63,887 nt of DNA, filler included, from Olpidium bornovanus S191 (GCA_017911155.1; 32 parts of 32 records of this genome joined end to end with filler, not necessarily neighbours in it); one strand, 5' to 3'; positions 23,176-35,593 are shown, numbered from the whole stretch's first letter. Notes: generated by a model from the letters alone, not told the origin. Translations and numbers: made by a program.

Positions 23176-24129
23176 NNNNNNNNNNNNNNNNNNNNNNNNN
23201 NNNNNNNNNNNNNNNNNNNTTAATTAATTAANNNNNNNNNNNNNNNNNNNNNNNNNNNNNNNNNNNNNNNNNNNNCCCCTTGTATCAAGTCTCGCTCCCA
23301 TTGTAATCTGCATAGCAAAGCATTCTGGCATCCGTGAAATACCCAGCTGTGGGCCGTCACTTTTTTCTTTCCCGACGGTCTTTCCTTTTTCGCCACTTTC
23401 CGGGGGCGCCTGAAGAGACGGAAAAGTCCTTCCCTTTCCTACTCGCCCGCTCGCGCGTGTTCAGGCTTTGCGGGTGCGTTCGCCGGCCGAAGCACGTCAC
23501 TCAACATGTGGTCTGTAAAACTCCGGTAAAGCTCGAGGCGTCGGTTCGCCGGCAGACGTGAATTTCGAACTTCCGGTCATCAGATAGCAATGCGTTTTTC
23601 TGGAAACCGTGTGCAATGTGAGCTTTCTGCCGAAGAGGGGAATCCCGGCGGCAGCAGCAAAATACAGCTGAAAAAACGCGGCCTGTCCCGCTTGGGGTCT
23701 CGGCGGTAAGGGTAGCTGCGCGCTAGCGAAATGTGCTTCGACGTTGTAACAGCGGTTGCTTCCCTCATCTTCCCCCATTTTCTTTTCCCCAGGTTGCCCT
23801 GTCCCGAATCTTCACCTTGTGCAGGATGCGCACGTTCCGGAACGTGTTAGAGGGCGGGGGTTCTAAAGTGGATTTGCTCTCGCTCGCGCGAAAACAAGAA
23901 ATAAATAGAGACACGAGGTTGAGGGACGGTCCGTGTTTGAGTGGATGCTTATGCTTTCAGCACCCACTCAAACACGGACCCCGTCCCTCAACCTCGCGTC
24001 TCATTTTTTTTCTTCTTCTTTTGACTGCGATTTTTTTGGCGGTAAATGCGTAGCTTTTATTCACTCGACGACTTCTCGCGGGAGGATGAGGGGTTAAACA
24101 AAACTGCTCAGCTTCTTCCAAAGTCTGGC

Positions 24130-25890
24130 GCACGGGTCAGGCCGATTTGGCGTTTGCGTGTGTTGCTCGCGCGTGCCGCATTCTTCCAGGCGTCATAATC
24201 TTCCGGGGCAGAATATGGTAATGTAGCCGACCGAACCGGACGTGAGTTCCGCCCGGCGCTTCTCGCGGTACCCGTCCTACGTGACCGACAGCCGTCCGGA
24301 AGTCAAAAAAAAATTGAAGATACAAAACGCAGAAAACAAAAAAAAAAACAAACTACAGAGAAACCGTTCTTTCCGGCTATGTTGTCCGCTTCCCCCCCTC
24401 CCATTTCCCCCCCCCCAACCCCCCCTCCCCCCGCCACCAAGTATTTTTTTGTTGGTTTTTGAGAAATTCAACGCTCCGTACGTTGGGGCAGTCGAAGTGT
24501 ATGACGTGGGCAATGTCGTCCCGCAAAGGGACGGCGTCTCCGAGGGCATCCTCGCCGAAGTTCTCCCCGACGATCAGGATAGGTTTGTCGCCGCTCCTGG
24601 GCGATGCGTGTTGGTTTTTTTTGATTCCCCGAGAATTATTTTCCTTTTTCCCTGTCCCATTTTTAATGCTGTTTTCCCGAAAAAAAAAACGTGCGCCGCC
24701 TCCTCCTCCCCCTCCGTATGAGGCTCTGGCGGAGCAGGGGAGGGGGGGAGGTGTTCGAGCGTACCTGAACGCCTGCAACTGCTGCCTGTTCTCCACGAGT
24801 GTCCTGTTCCCATGGATGAGCGAGACCGGCAGGTGATGATTTCGCCTATGTGGAGTGGAACGTGAAATAAAAAAAAAGAAAGGGCGGGGGGGTCCGACCT
24901 TCCAGCCTCCTCATGCGGACACACGTTGATGTCTTCTTGGCCTCCCACAATAAAAAAACGCAAAAAAAACGCACCCGCACAAACGAGCGCGTACGAATTC
25001 ACGGTGGGGGATACGGGAAAGGAAGCCATGGGAACGGAAGAGCAGGGCGAAACTTACACGAATTCCCAAACGTATTCGGCGTTTTTCGTGTCCGCGGCGA
25101 AAATGACGGTCCAACACGGGGGGGACTTGGCAAAAATCTCGAAAAGAAAGTTACATTTCTCGTTGATGTGTCCCGCGTGCACCAAGATGACCTTGGCAGA
25201 AATAACAGATGTGGAGGTAAAAAAAATCAACGTGGACCAATGCGCCGTCCGTCCCTCTCTCTTCCCCCGCCTCTCCCGCTTCTCCCGCATTATTCCTTGC
25301 GACGCGGAACGGGGAACGCCGGGGAGACACACCCGTACCCCCCCAACCCCGCACCCCTCCTCAACATTTACCTCCTGGGGTACATGGCGTCCGTTCCTTT
25401 CGCTGCGTTTTATTTTGTTTCGCAGGATCGATGCGGAATGCCGTTTAGGCACTTTCAAAATCTTTTCCTCAAAAGCATCAACGGAACGGACCTTACCGCT
25501 GAGGATGATCCGGCTTTGTTTTATGGAGGGCGGGTAAAGGGTGGGCGGAGAGGGGGTCGTGTGTGTGGGTGTGTGTGTGTGTGTGGGGGGGGTGTCGAGC
25601 AGTTCCAGGGGGGGGGGAAGGGGAAGGGGGGTGTGTGTGTGGCGCGAAACGGAGGTCGGTCAGCTTCGCAGGCGGCCCCTACGGAAAGTTGGCGGCCTCC
25701 GCCGGCCTTCCAAGCTCCAGCCAGCCCCCTCGGAACGCGACGGGCGCAAAGCTTCGAGACTCACGCAGGTGGCGGAGACCATGCCGGGAGGGTTTTTGTT
25801 TTCGCTTTTTGCAGGCGACGACACCGCCAGACCGGAACACGCTGACGATGCGGACAACCCTAGCCGGCTTCCCCCCCCCCCCCCCCCCAA
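24130..25890 (-). CDS. DEAD-box-helicase-like gene (RecA2 domain) with degenerate motifs V and VI; multi-exon
   Basis: Exon peptides: GMVSATC|gtgagt (motif III SAT); VILVHAGHINEKCNFLFEIFAKSPPCWTVIFAADTKNAEYVWEF (motif IV region); LPVSLIHGNRTLVENRQQLQAF|RSGDKPILIVGENFGEDALGDAVPLRDDIAHVIHFDCP. No HRxGRxGR was found in the next exon. Exact boundaries are uncertain. Confidence 0.6.
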
Positions 25891-26240
25891 ACAAAAAAAA
25901 AGGCGGGACCGGGTTTGCTGTCTCTCGCCGGCAACGGCGCCGGGGAAAGGCGGGCGGGGGAAGGTGGGCTGTGGCGGCGGACGCGTCTTTTTTTTCTTCT
26001 TCTTCTTCTTTTTTTTTTCCCTCTTCCCTCAAGCCGCCCGGCGTGAAAGCGCCCGGGCGGGGGAGGACTGAGAGACAGCAGGTCCGGGGATGGGGGAGGA
26101 GGGGGGGAACGGAGAGGCGCCCAAGCTTAAAGTCACGTGATTGGCACGCACCAAACTCGGGGATGGATGGAGGGGGGACATCATGCTGAAAACAAAGGGA
26201 ACCCCTGACGCTCAGGGCGCGTCCAAGTACATCCTGCCCA

Positions 26241-26560
26241 GATCAGATAAGTATGGACACCGGCGCCTCCGATCATTGCGCCAACAATCCGGCAGTCGTG
26301 ACCAACGTACGCGACCCAGCTCACAACGCCAACAAGCTTGCGCTTGCAGATAATTCTGAGCTCGATGTCGTTTCGCAAGGAACAGTCTCTATCAAACATG
26401 CAGACTGCCATTTGCACTTGCAAAATGTTTTCTGCGTTCCATGCATCTGGGAGTCTTTCTTTTCCAATGCAAGTGCGACATACAACGGTGTCGTCATCTG
26501 GTTTGTTTCCGAGGGTGATGTGCATTTGGTTCACCGCCCCTCTCCATACATGGCGACGTC
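26241..26560 (+). mobile_element. Ty1/copia aspartic protease fragment
   Basis: MDTGASDHCANN..LALADNSELDVVSQGTVSIKHADCHLHLQNVFCVPCIWESFFS..NGVVIWF matches copia LDSGAS.HM..V.LADG...G.GTV...L.NVLYVP.L..NLLS. Confidence 0.85.
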
Positions 26561-27328
26561 ATTTCCGGTGGCTGCCGCAAAGGGCGCGCGTTTTACGTTG
26601 ACGTCACCTGCAGCGCCATGGCCCTCTCGTTGCTGACGACACGGCCTCGACGCTTTGGCGTCCGCGCGCGCGCCGTCCATGATGACCTTTGGCATTGTCG
26701 CCTTGGTCACCTCGGGTGGTCAACGATGCGAAAATTAATGCCGGGCTGACAAGTGCCAACGGCTAACCCCCCGCAGATTCAGACACTGCCTACGAGCNNN
26801 NNNNNNNNNNNNNNNNNNNNNNNNNNNNNNNNNNNNNNNNNTTAATTAATTAANNNNNNNNNNNNNNNNNNNNNNNNNNNNNNNNNNNNNNNNNNNNCCC
26901 AAAGGCGCGTCGTCTTCGTCCGCCTCACCCCTCCGCAAACTTCCCGGGGGTTCGGGGGTTCCGACGACAAACAGTGCGTCGTCGTCTTCGGGCAGAGTCC
27001 TGCGAATTTCCCATCCATTAAAATAGAAGAGAGAGCCTGAGCTTTCCGAGGTGGGGTCGAACTCGGTGCCGAAAATAGATCGCGAACCACGTCCCCCCTC
27101 CGCCCCCCCCTCCCCCGCCTCCCGCCAAGAGAAACGTCTACCCCCTTGCATCGTACGTGTACAGCGGACTCCGAGCGTCAGAGGAGCTCGGTGGACGGCT
27201 GTTGTTATCTCCGGCCGGTTTCGCTTTCAGGCGGTCGACAAAGCTGGTAATTCTCGACTTTGCGGCTGGGATTTAAATGCAAAAAACGCGACGCCCGTGA
27301 GAAACGCGGCCGTCGCGGAAGCCTCGAG

Positions 27329-27365
<37 letters not shown>

Positions 27366-27373
27366 CCGGGCCC

Positions 27374-27404
<31 letters not shown>

Positions 27405-28419
27405 AAAGAAAACTGGACCCACAAAAACGGACCTGTGCAAGGAAAGACGGCCGGGTTTCCTTGCTGCGGTCCCCGGCGAAGCCTTTTACACCGGCACCGG
27501 GCGCGCGAACACCGCCCAAAAACCCGCCCCCTCCCGCGCCCGCCGCTTGCGCGCCGCGAGAGGCGAGCGGCAAACGGCAGAGGTTTTGGCGGAGCGGCGC
27601 AAAGTTCAACGACTTCGAGGACCTGCCGCCGAACGAAAGTGAGTGCCGGCGTGCCTGAGGAGAGAAAGAAAATGGAGGTTGCCACCGGGCTTCCTCTCCG
27701 CCGCCGCCGCCCGGTTCAACCTCGTCGTCTACCGGACCTCGTTCCCCCTTCCCCCGCCTTCCGGACCCCGCGGTGGGGGAAGCTCCCCTTATCGCTTTCT
27801 CCCCGCCCCCTCCCCCCCTGCCCGCCGAAGGGCCGGTACGGAGCTTGGCGCGGCGGCCGTACGGCTTGCGCAGGGCGAGCGCGCACGGGAGAGGGGTAGG
27901 GGAGGGGAGGCGCGTTTTTTTTTATCGGCCCCGCTTTCCTTCTCCCCTTCTCCGCCGGCCGCCGCCCCTCTCATGCGACCCTCGCGCCCGCGCTCACTTC
28001 TAACCCCTTACAATCCGCCCGCTACTGCCGCGCTTCCTCATTGCCGCTTCCCTTCTTCCCATCCTTTCCCCGCGCTCCCCCAGGCGAGGCCGGCGGTATA
28101 GAAGACTCTGCATGCGGCGCGAATAACACTAGGAAAGCGAGGTAAGTGGTTCTGTTTCACTTTCTCTCATTTCTGTTGTAGGTGGCGCTGGCCGCCCACT
28201 GTGTGCGCAGTGCAGTGGCTCCCCTAGCGCCGGCAAAAGCTTGCTTCTCGGTGTCCCAGTTGGGAACCTGTGCGCGGGATTGTCCCAGTAGCCGCCTAGC
28301 GGAGATAGGAAAGACTCTTCTTCGCCAGCCTATTCCCTCCGAGCTGCTGGGACAACTGAGTAAACGGTTGTCAGCGAGACCCGGGTCTGGAGGTCGGGAG
28401 CTGGCGCGTGGCCACCTGG

Positions 28420-28740
28420 TGGATCCTCCGCACTTCTATCTCAGTTGGTCTGCCCTTCCCTCCGGCTCCTCTCGAAATTGTGTTGGCCCAGTGGGCGCAC
28501 ATTTCCCGGGTTGGGTCTACGTACTGAGCCAGCTGAATTGTTTCCACGTCTGAAGGACTGCCGGCTAACAAACCCAATCCGCAATTCCTTGTTTTGCGTC
28601 ACTCCAACCGCCCGGGTTTTCTTTTCGTCGTTTGAGACGTTTCTTATGCGAGGAAGAAGAAAAGGGAAGTTTGTCAAACACCTCCACGTGGTGCTTCCTG
28701 GGCAATGGTTGCAGAACCGGCTATGTTTGACGCATCCTGC
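28420..28740 (+). repeat. Copy B of the diverged dispersed sequence family (see 14560-14900)
   Basis: Nucleotide and peptide similarity to the reverse complement of 14560-14900 (KHLHVVLP / NTSTWC core; SRNCV vs SRNYV). Confidence 0.7.
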
Positions 28741-28845
28741 ATGCAACGCCAATGGGTTTAACCTTTTGCACAGTTGATACTTGTTAATCAAATGTTATGG
28801 GTGCGGGTGAGAAAAGAAACGCGATTTTTTGCGGTTGCTGGCGTA

Positions 28846-28896
<51 letters not shown>

Positions 28897-28937
28897 CTGC
28901 TTACTTTCGTTCCCGGGATCGCGTGCGCCCACTCCCC

Positions 28938-28969
<32 letters not shown>

Positions 28970-29167
28970 GCGGCCGCCGAAAGGAACAAAGGCGCAGGGG
29001 CCCGCGAAGGGTGCAAACGGGCGCAAAGGGCGCGAAAGGCGCGACAGCGCAAAGGGTGGAAAGGACGNNNNNNNNNNNNNNNNNNNNNNNNNNNNNNNNN
29101 NNNNNNNNNNNTTAATTAATTAANNNNNNNNNNNNNNNNNNNNNNNNNNNNNNNNNNNNNNNNNNNN

Positions 29168-30497
29168 AAACAAAGTTAATCTTGCCCCTGAGGTCCTTGG
29201 CGACGTCCTCGACCTCGGCGCCTAGAGTCTTGCGTTGCTCGTCATTCTCCACGAACAAGAAAGCCAGCGGCAGGCCCGCCTTCATGTACTCCGAAAAATT
29301 GTCCGAGCTGAGCTCGCCCACAAGCGGGAGGCTCTGTGATTTGACAAAGGCGGCGAGGTCGCCCTCATCCCACGTGCCATCGTAAACGCTCTTGCCTTCA
29401 TCAAACTTCTTAAACAGGATTAGGCCCGGGGTTTGGACTTCGAACTTCTTGGCCAGGTCAACGTCGACAATTTTACCGAACGCCATATTATCACGGAGCT
29501 GGTTGGCAACGGATAGGAGCGATTTCTGCTCGTTGGAGTCGGATTTGTCAAAAAATCCGACCACAACCACCCTCTCTGACTCTACGAACTCGTCGGCCGT
29601 CTCTGACGTAAGGTCCGTGACCGTCGGAAGGCTTTGGCGCTTCATGTAGGCGATGATGCCGTCCGCCTCGCGGGTGCCTTTGTACTCTGAGGGAGTACCA
29701 TCCCTTTTAACATAAAAACAAAAGGGGAGGGAAACCGACGAGGAAAAATACAAAACAAAACCCAAAAAGGAGAAAAAACGAGAGACGTTAGACATTCTCC
29801 TAAGCGTGGAAGAATGAGGTGCACATCAAAGTCGCTCACTTACCGGAAGACCTTGAGGGTAGGGAAGCCCCTGATATCATAAACCTTGCACAGTTCGTCC
29901 TCGGCGATGCAGTCAACCTTGGCGAGCGTGACGTTTTGGCTTTTCAGAGCTGTCGCAGCCACCTCATACTTAGGAGCAAGCTGCATGTTGGCATGTTCGC
30001 AACCGGATGGGACCCGTTAGAGGGGCTGCGAAAACGGTCGTGCGAAAAACGGAGACGCGCGCAAATATCCATATCGGCGCTAAAATAGGGGCATTCGCCA
30101 AGCCTTCTCCAATTTTCCGTGGGGTATTCTCCGGTTCGTTGGCGAATGCCTTCGGCACATGAACTCTGCCGCATCGACGGCTCCGTGTATCGACGAGGCG
30201 CCAACTTGCACTGTTTACCGATCTGCCTCTCCCCCCTTCCCCCCCCCCAACCCACACCTCCCCCCCCACACACACACACCCTCCCCCCTACACACACTCT
30301 CTCCCCGTCTCTCGCTATCTCCCGCCCGCGCTGACCTTTTTGCAGTAGCCGCACCAGGGTGCGTAGAACTCGACGAGGATGAGCGAGGTCTGGCTGATAG
30401 TCTGGTCGAAATCCTTGCTCGTGAGGGCGACCACGTCGGAGTCCTCGGCCACGCAGGACGCAGCGGCAGCCAAGAGCAAGGCAGCACGGAACTTCAT
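29168..30497 (-). CDS. PDI1: Protein disulfide isomerase (a-b-b' part), 3'-truncated; exons 30497-30336, 29980-29844, 29703-29168
   Basis: Signal peptide MKFRAALLLAAAASCVA; LVEFYAPWCGYCKK|LAPKYEVAATALK..LAKVDCIAEDELCKVYDIRGFPTLKVFR|DGTPSEYKGTREADGIIAYMKRQSLP..SLPLVGELSSDNFSEYMKAGLPLAFLF. Confidence 0.95.
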
Positions 30498-30582
30498 GTT
30501 TGCTGCCGGTCTTTTCCACTCGCAAGGTGCGGAGATGAGCGTGCGCGAGAGAGGCGCGGGAAGAAAGAGCGCGGACGTTGAT

Positions 30583-30626
<44 letters not shown>

Positions 30627-30631
30627 GGGGA

Positions 30632-30678
<47 letters not shown>

Positions 30679-30685
30679 CGCGGGG
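30583..30685. repeat. Poly-G tract at contig end
   Basis: About 100 nt of almost pure G up to the linker. A similar tract lies at about 53440-53519. Confidence 0.85.
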
Positions 30686-31017
30686 NNNNNNNNNNNNNNN
30701 NNNNNNNNNNNNNNNNNNNNNNNNNNNNNTTAATTAATTAANNNNNNNNNNNNNNNNNNNNNNNNNNNNNNNNNNNNNNNNNNNNCATGAAAACAAAGAA
30801 AGATAAAGTTCCGGTATACCGTGAAAGTTCAACTCTACACTAGAAGATCGACAAGCGAAGGAGTGAGCGGGAAACAGGAAAACGAGTAGGATCGAAATAA
30901 CATCAAAAGGCGAGATGTACGTCCTTCGTCATCCGCTACAAGCAGGCGGGCCCCGGCCCCGGTCAAAACTGCAGTTGTGACGGCGCCGGGCTGGGGCCCA
31001 GGTTGGTGGCGGCGTCG

Positions 31018-32160
31018 CTAGCTATTGCCCACCGCAGTTAAAGTAATCAAACGGTGAGAATGCAGCCGGTCCCCATCCTTAAAGGCGGAAACAAACATCC
31101 GGCCACTTACGGCAGCGAAGCCGTCAGAAACGTCGGTCGGGAGGACGACGATGGTCCAGTTGCCGAGGTCCGCCACAACTTGCACCCGGCCTCCCCCAAA
31201 CTCAAACACACCGGCGCTTTCGTCTGGGCAGACGAGGAATATGTTTGCGAGGTGAGTGCGCCTTGGGTCATTGATCCCCTTGCGGTTCATCGCCTCGGTT
31301 GTATCCATCGGAGGGTCAGCCATCTCTGAGAATTCCTGTATATTGTTCTCGTCCATTATCCCCTGGGGGAGGACGATCAACTCTCCATTGGGCTATCTGT
31401 GGGCGTAAGGAGAGTTCTCCGCTACCTCTGAAGTGCGAGAGTGGACTACCCCGTGGCTTGACCTTGCTGTTGCCTGACACTGCACTTTACCCCTCCCCGG
31501 ATTGTTTGCCTGACGGCCAAGAGTTGTCGGGGAGCAATGATTTTATAGAGACGCTAGCTCTCACGATGCGGCCTCCAGTGCCGCACAGGCCTCCTCGAAT
31601 ATAGCCCCTCCTGGGGCCAATCCGGTCCCCATGGCCTGTGTGTACCCAGGCAACGAAACTATTCTGTCCACTACGGAGTCCAGCCATCCCACTATTACCG
31701 CATCCGCCTCCTCGGGCCGGTCCACTACCTGCCTGACTGCTTGTGCGCCCCTGTGGCCAGGGCGCCTCGAGCTTAGGGCCCGCCACAGCATCAGGCACAA
31801 GAACTTCTTGGGGGCGGGCGTGGTGGCGCTACACATGGAGGGTGGGAGGCGCATCCTGGCGACGGTCATGGGGACGGTGATGTTCCTGCCGGCTGGAACT
31901 GTGTAGGCAGGCACGCTGGGACGGCGGGCGCTGGGGGGCACGGGGGCGGACTGTGGGGGCAGGGTGGGCCACCTGAAGTCCCTCACCACCATCTCCTCTG
32001 GGGAGGTCGCTGGAACCGGTGACCTGCCAGCCTGCATACAGAGGAGGGTAGCGTAGGCCCCTAGCTCCTCCGCCGTGGCTACCACCCCGCAGTGCTCCGT
32101 GACCATCCTGAGCCCCTGTACAGCCACCTCGTGTCGCTTATTTGCGGGCACCCTGGCCAG
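31018..32160 (-). other. Intronless, homopolymer-free segment with two consecutive minus-strand open frames of unknown function
   Basis: About 200 aa (EVAVQGLRMVTEHCGVV..RDFRWPTLP..IVGWLDSVVDRIVSLPGY..ALEAAS*) and about 120 aa (IVLPQGIMDENNIQEF..WTIVVLPTDVSDG) are separated by about 180 nt with stops. No family was recognised. Confidence 0.3.
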
Positions 32161-33059
32161 TACAGCCGGCGAGCTTTTTTTTTTCGGGGAGATCGGGGGA
32201 TTCCCCGTCTTTTTGTTTTTGCGAGATTCGCTGGATTCTGTAGTTTTTTTCCCCTGGTGGCTGCGCATTTTGTGGGATTTATCCTGTTTTTTGGCGGAAA
32301 CTGCAAAATTGTCTTCTTTCTTTTTTTTGCGAGATTTCCGGGATTCCGTCTTTTTTTTTTTCTTGCTTTCGAGGATTCGCGGGATTCTCCGTCTTTTTTT
32401 TTTGCTTTTTTTTTGGGGGGGGGGGGTATTCGCGGGAATCAGGCGGCCTCAAAAAAAAAGGAAAATAGGTACGCCGGGGGCCGTCAAGAAAAAAAATGGT
32501 CCAGCCGTGGAGGATATGCCAAGTTTTTATCCTCCTGTGCAATCCGCATGCNNNNNNNNNNNNNNNNNNNNNNNNNNNNNNNNNNNNNNNNNNNNTTAAT
32601 TAATTAANNNNNNNNNNNNNNNNNNNNNNNNNNNNNNNNNNNNNNNNNNNNCATGACCACCGCGGCCGCAAGGGCACTGCGGGTGCTCTCTTCCACTTTT
32701 GTTTATGACGTTCCTCGATAACGGCGTTCTTCGTTCTCCTCAGCGGCCACGTAGCGTTTAAGCGAGCCTCTCTAACCCTTTTTTCTTCAGGGTAATTTTC
32801 GCCACCCTGGTCGTACCCCTGTGCGCTACTTCGTCGGTTCGACCGAGGGCGTTGCGACAATTGCAGAACTTTCCGAAGCGTTTTTATCGGCCTTGTTCTG
32901 CTTCCCATCGTTGGGAACGCCGCAGAGCATGTCACCGGTGAACGCGATCTCGAGCCGAGTAAGATCCCAATCCAACCATTTTTGTGGTTGTCGGTTTATT
33001 TGCACATCCAGGTCCCCCATCCCCTCTCGCACCCCACACCTGATGTCTCCGAACGAATA

Positions 33060-33600
33060 CTTGCAACGCACAACAACACCGGTCTTTCCATCGCCATCGC
33101 AGTCGGCTCAATCGGTCCAGATCGCCTTCCTGGCGATTCCAGCAATGGTGGTGCTCGGCTGGATCATCGGGACACCGTTCACGGTACGCGCAGTTTCGGC
33201 ACGGGGTGCAAAAGCAAGTCGCCCATTCTTGCTAACCTGGAGATGAGAGTTTGCGCTCTTTGTAAAGCCGGCAGCTGTTCTTCAACGTGTATGAGACTCC
33301 GGTGCTGTTCGTGCCAGTCATGGTGCCGTACTTACTCCTGCTGGATGGCAAGATGCGACGTTTACAATTCGTACCCCCCACCCCCCCCCTGGGGGCGCGG
33401 GGGGGGACTATTTGGTGCATCCACTCGTCCTGTCCCGGGCGTCCGAGGTACTTTGTGGCTGATGCGGATGTTAGTGCGAAATGCTTCCTTCCAGTCCAAT
33501 TGGCTCGAGGGCGTTCTCTTGATCGTCGCGTACGGAATAGTCGCCATCTTGTTCTTCTGTTCCCGAACGACTCCGCGAGAGGAAGCCCGACGTGTTCACA
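33060..33600 (+). pseudogene. Ca2+/H+ antiporter (CAX/Vcx1 family) C-terminal exons, disrupted
   Basis: HNNTGLSIAIAVGS-[+1 A at 33110/33111]-SVQIAFLAIPAMVVLGWIIGTPFT|LFFNVYETPVLF..LLDGK|SNWLEGVLLIVAYGIVAILFF. The second donor reads AT (33353) rather than GT. Confidence 0.8.
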
Positions 33601-34176
33601 CAACTATTTGTTGGAAGAGCAATAAGGAGACGTTGCCTTTTCATGTTCTTATTAACTTATCATCCTCTCCTTTTTTTGGCCCACTTGATTCCCTCTCCCG
33701 CTTGCCTCGGCCCAATAATACGCCGGTCAAGCGGTCAACCGTCAGCATCTCGCCCCAAAGGACAGCGTACACCGACAATCCCGACATGGTCTCTATGTTG
33801 TGTTTGGTTTTACTCGCTTGGGCTGAGAGCTTTGTCGACGGGGAGGGGGAAGAGGGGGGGAGGGGGGGGTGTGGGGCCCTGCCGGGAAGAGAGAGGCTGT
33901 CGGCCGTTCGACGAAGAGCGGAGACCTGATGGGTAGCGGTAGTGGGGTACAGTTTGAAACGGTTCGCGGGAAAACCAAATCGTCAAGCGCGGAAGTTGGC
34001 TTTCCAGACAACAAGGCCCAGCCTCTCTATCTCCATCTCTCTCTCTGTTTCTCTCTGCCAGCTAGCGTAGGATTAATACTGTGGGGAAGAAGCCCGGCGT
34101 CGAGGTCGGTTTCTCGGTGTCAAGGTCGGTTTAGTTTGTTCAGTTTCCCCTGCCGTTCCGGGCGAGACGAGGTGCG

Positions 34177-34209
<33 letters not shown>

Positions 34210-34280
34210 TTTTCCAACCGCCTGCGAAGAAACCGGAAAATTCCTTCGGTCTGAATTCCTTCCGACAGCCCCTTTCGCGA

Positions 34281-35493
34281 ATGCAGTCGGGGCAGCAGCG
34301 CGCAGCAACAAGTTTCGACGCCGCGGCGTCTGTGCCCGGCGAGCTCACCTCGCGCGTCTCCGCGGGCGTTCGCAGCACGCTGGCAGAACTTGCGGCGGGG
34401 CTTCTGCAGGTGGGGGGGCCGCCGCCGTTATCGGCCTACAGGATAGCGGAGGCGTGCGCTCTGCATTGTGAAAGCATCGGCGACGTGGGTGTCTCTCTCT
34501 CGCGCTCTCCCTCGCTGGCTCTCTATCACTCCCAGGTGTTTTTCTGCCCGCCGGAACAGAACAAAACGCAGAGCTTTTGCGGGGTGCGCTGACTACACTT
34601 TTTTTGTTCTGTGTGTCTGTGTGTGTTTTCCAGCCGATCCATCGGGCGGTCGTATGGTTCACGCTTAGATCGGCTGCCGCGGGAAGGCGGCAGCGCGTCG
34701 ACCGCGATCCCTTTCTGCCGGTTTACCTGTCGGCTCTGCGGCACCTCGATAGCCGGATTTCGACCAAGACGAGAGAAGCGTGGGCCGACAATTCCGGACT
34801 GCTCTGTGAAATGGCCGTCCTGCACGGGGTGCTGACGGGCAAGGACTCCGAGGTTTGCCGGAGACGGTCCCCCACTTCGGCGGTTTACTGGATGCGCGCG
34901 GCCGCCCCGTTCGCAAAAACGCGCGCCCGGTTCGCCATGCGGCTAAACTTCGTAACGGTGTCAGTTCCTCACCAAAGAGCGTGCTTGTTACGTTTCTCCG
35001 CGTCCGGTTGTCCGCAGCTCGCTCAGTTTTCCCTTTTAGAACTCGCAGCTGCCGTCGCGGACCGTGGCCCGTCCGTCGTGGATCACGAAACGCGCCAAAC
35101 GCTTTGCGGGTCATTTAAGGATCGCGCCCGCCGTTTTGGCATCGAGCTGCCGGATGACCGCGCTGGCAGCGGTCCGGTTGAGAGCCTGCACGAGACCGTG
35201 GACCAAAAAGTACTCTGATGTTTTGACTTGATCTTGGCATCCCGTGGTCCCATCGCAACGGCTGTCGGTGAACTCGGATTCCGCTCACGCGCGGCGTGAA
35301 ATCTTTTCGCAGGAGATCGAACTCCAAGAGTTCGAGGCGGTTTTCGCCAAGGCGCTCAGGAACCCCCTTACCGCGTCCGAACAAAAAGTACGATTTAAAA
35401 AAAAAACCGCCTTTTTGAAACTGGTTAACGACGGAGGCTTACATTGAAGCACGCCCGCTGTCTATAACCTGTTGCAGACTATAATCGGCGGGG
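34281..35493 (+). CDS. Probable CCR4-NOT subunit 11 (CNOT11/C2orf29)-like protein, partial, multi-exon
   Basis: IELQEFEAVFAKALRNPLTASEQK| resembles the CNOT11 motif I..IMAKAFKSPLS..QQ preceding DUF2363; DRDPFLPVYLSAL resembles the NPF..F..LL motif; GT-AG flanked exons. Confidence 0.5.
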
Positions 35494-35593
35494 NNNNNNN
35501 NNNNNNNNNNNNNNNNNNNNNNNNNNNNNNNNNNNNNTTAATTAATTAANNNNNNNNNNNNNNNNNNNNNNNNNNNNNNNNNNNNNNNNNNNN

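Noticed and set aside
30583-30685. Poly-G tracts (also 53440-53519, 20380-20413) as functional G-quadruplex elements
   Set aside because: They sit at contig ends where homopolymer length is unreliable and poly-G is a known sequencing artefact, so they cannot be supported without reads.
31018-32160. Integrated plant-virus (carmovirus/tombusvirus) coat protein, given a possible Olpidium source
   Set aside because: No recognisable S-domain or other tombusvirid motif; the block is kept only as an unknown.
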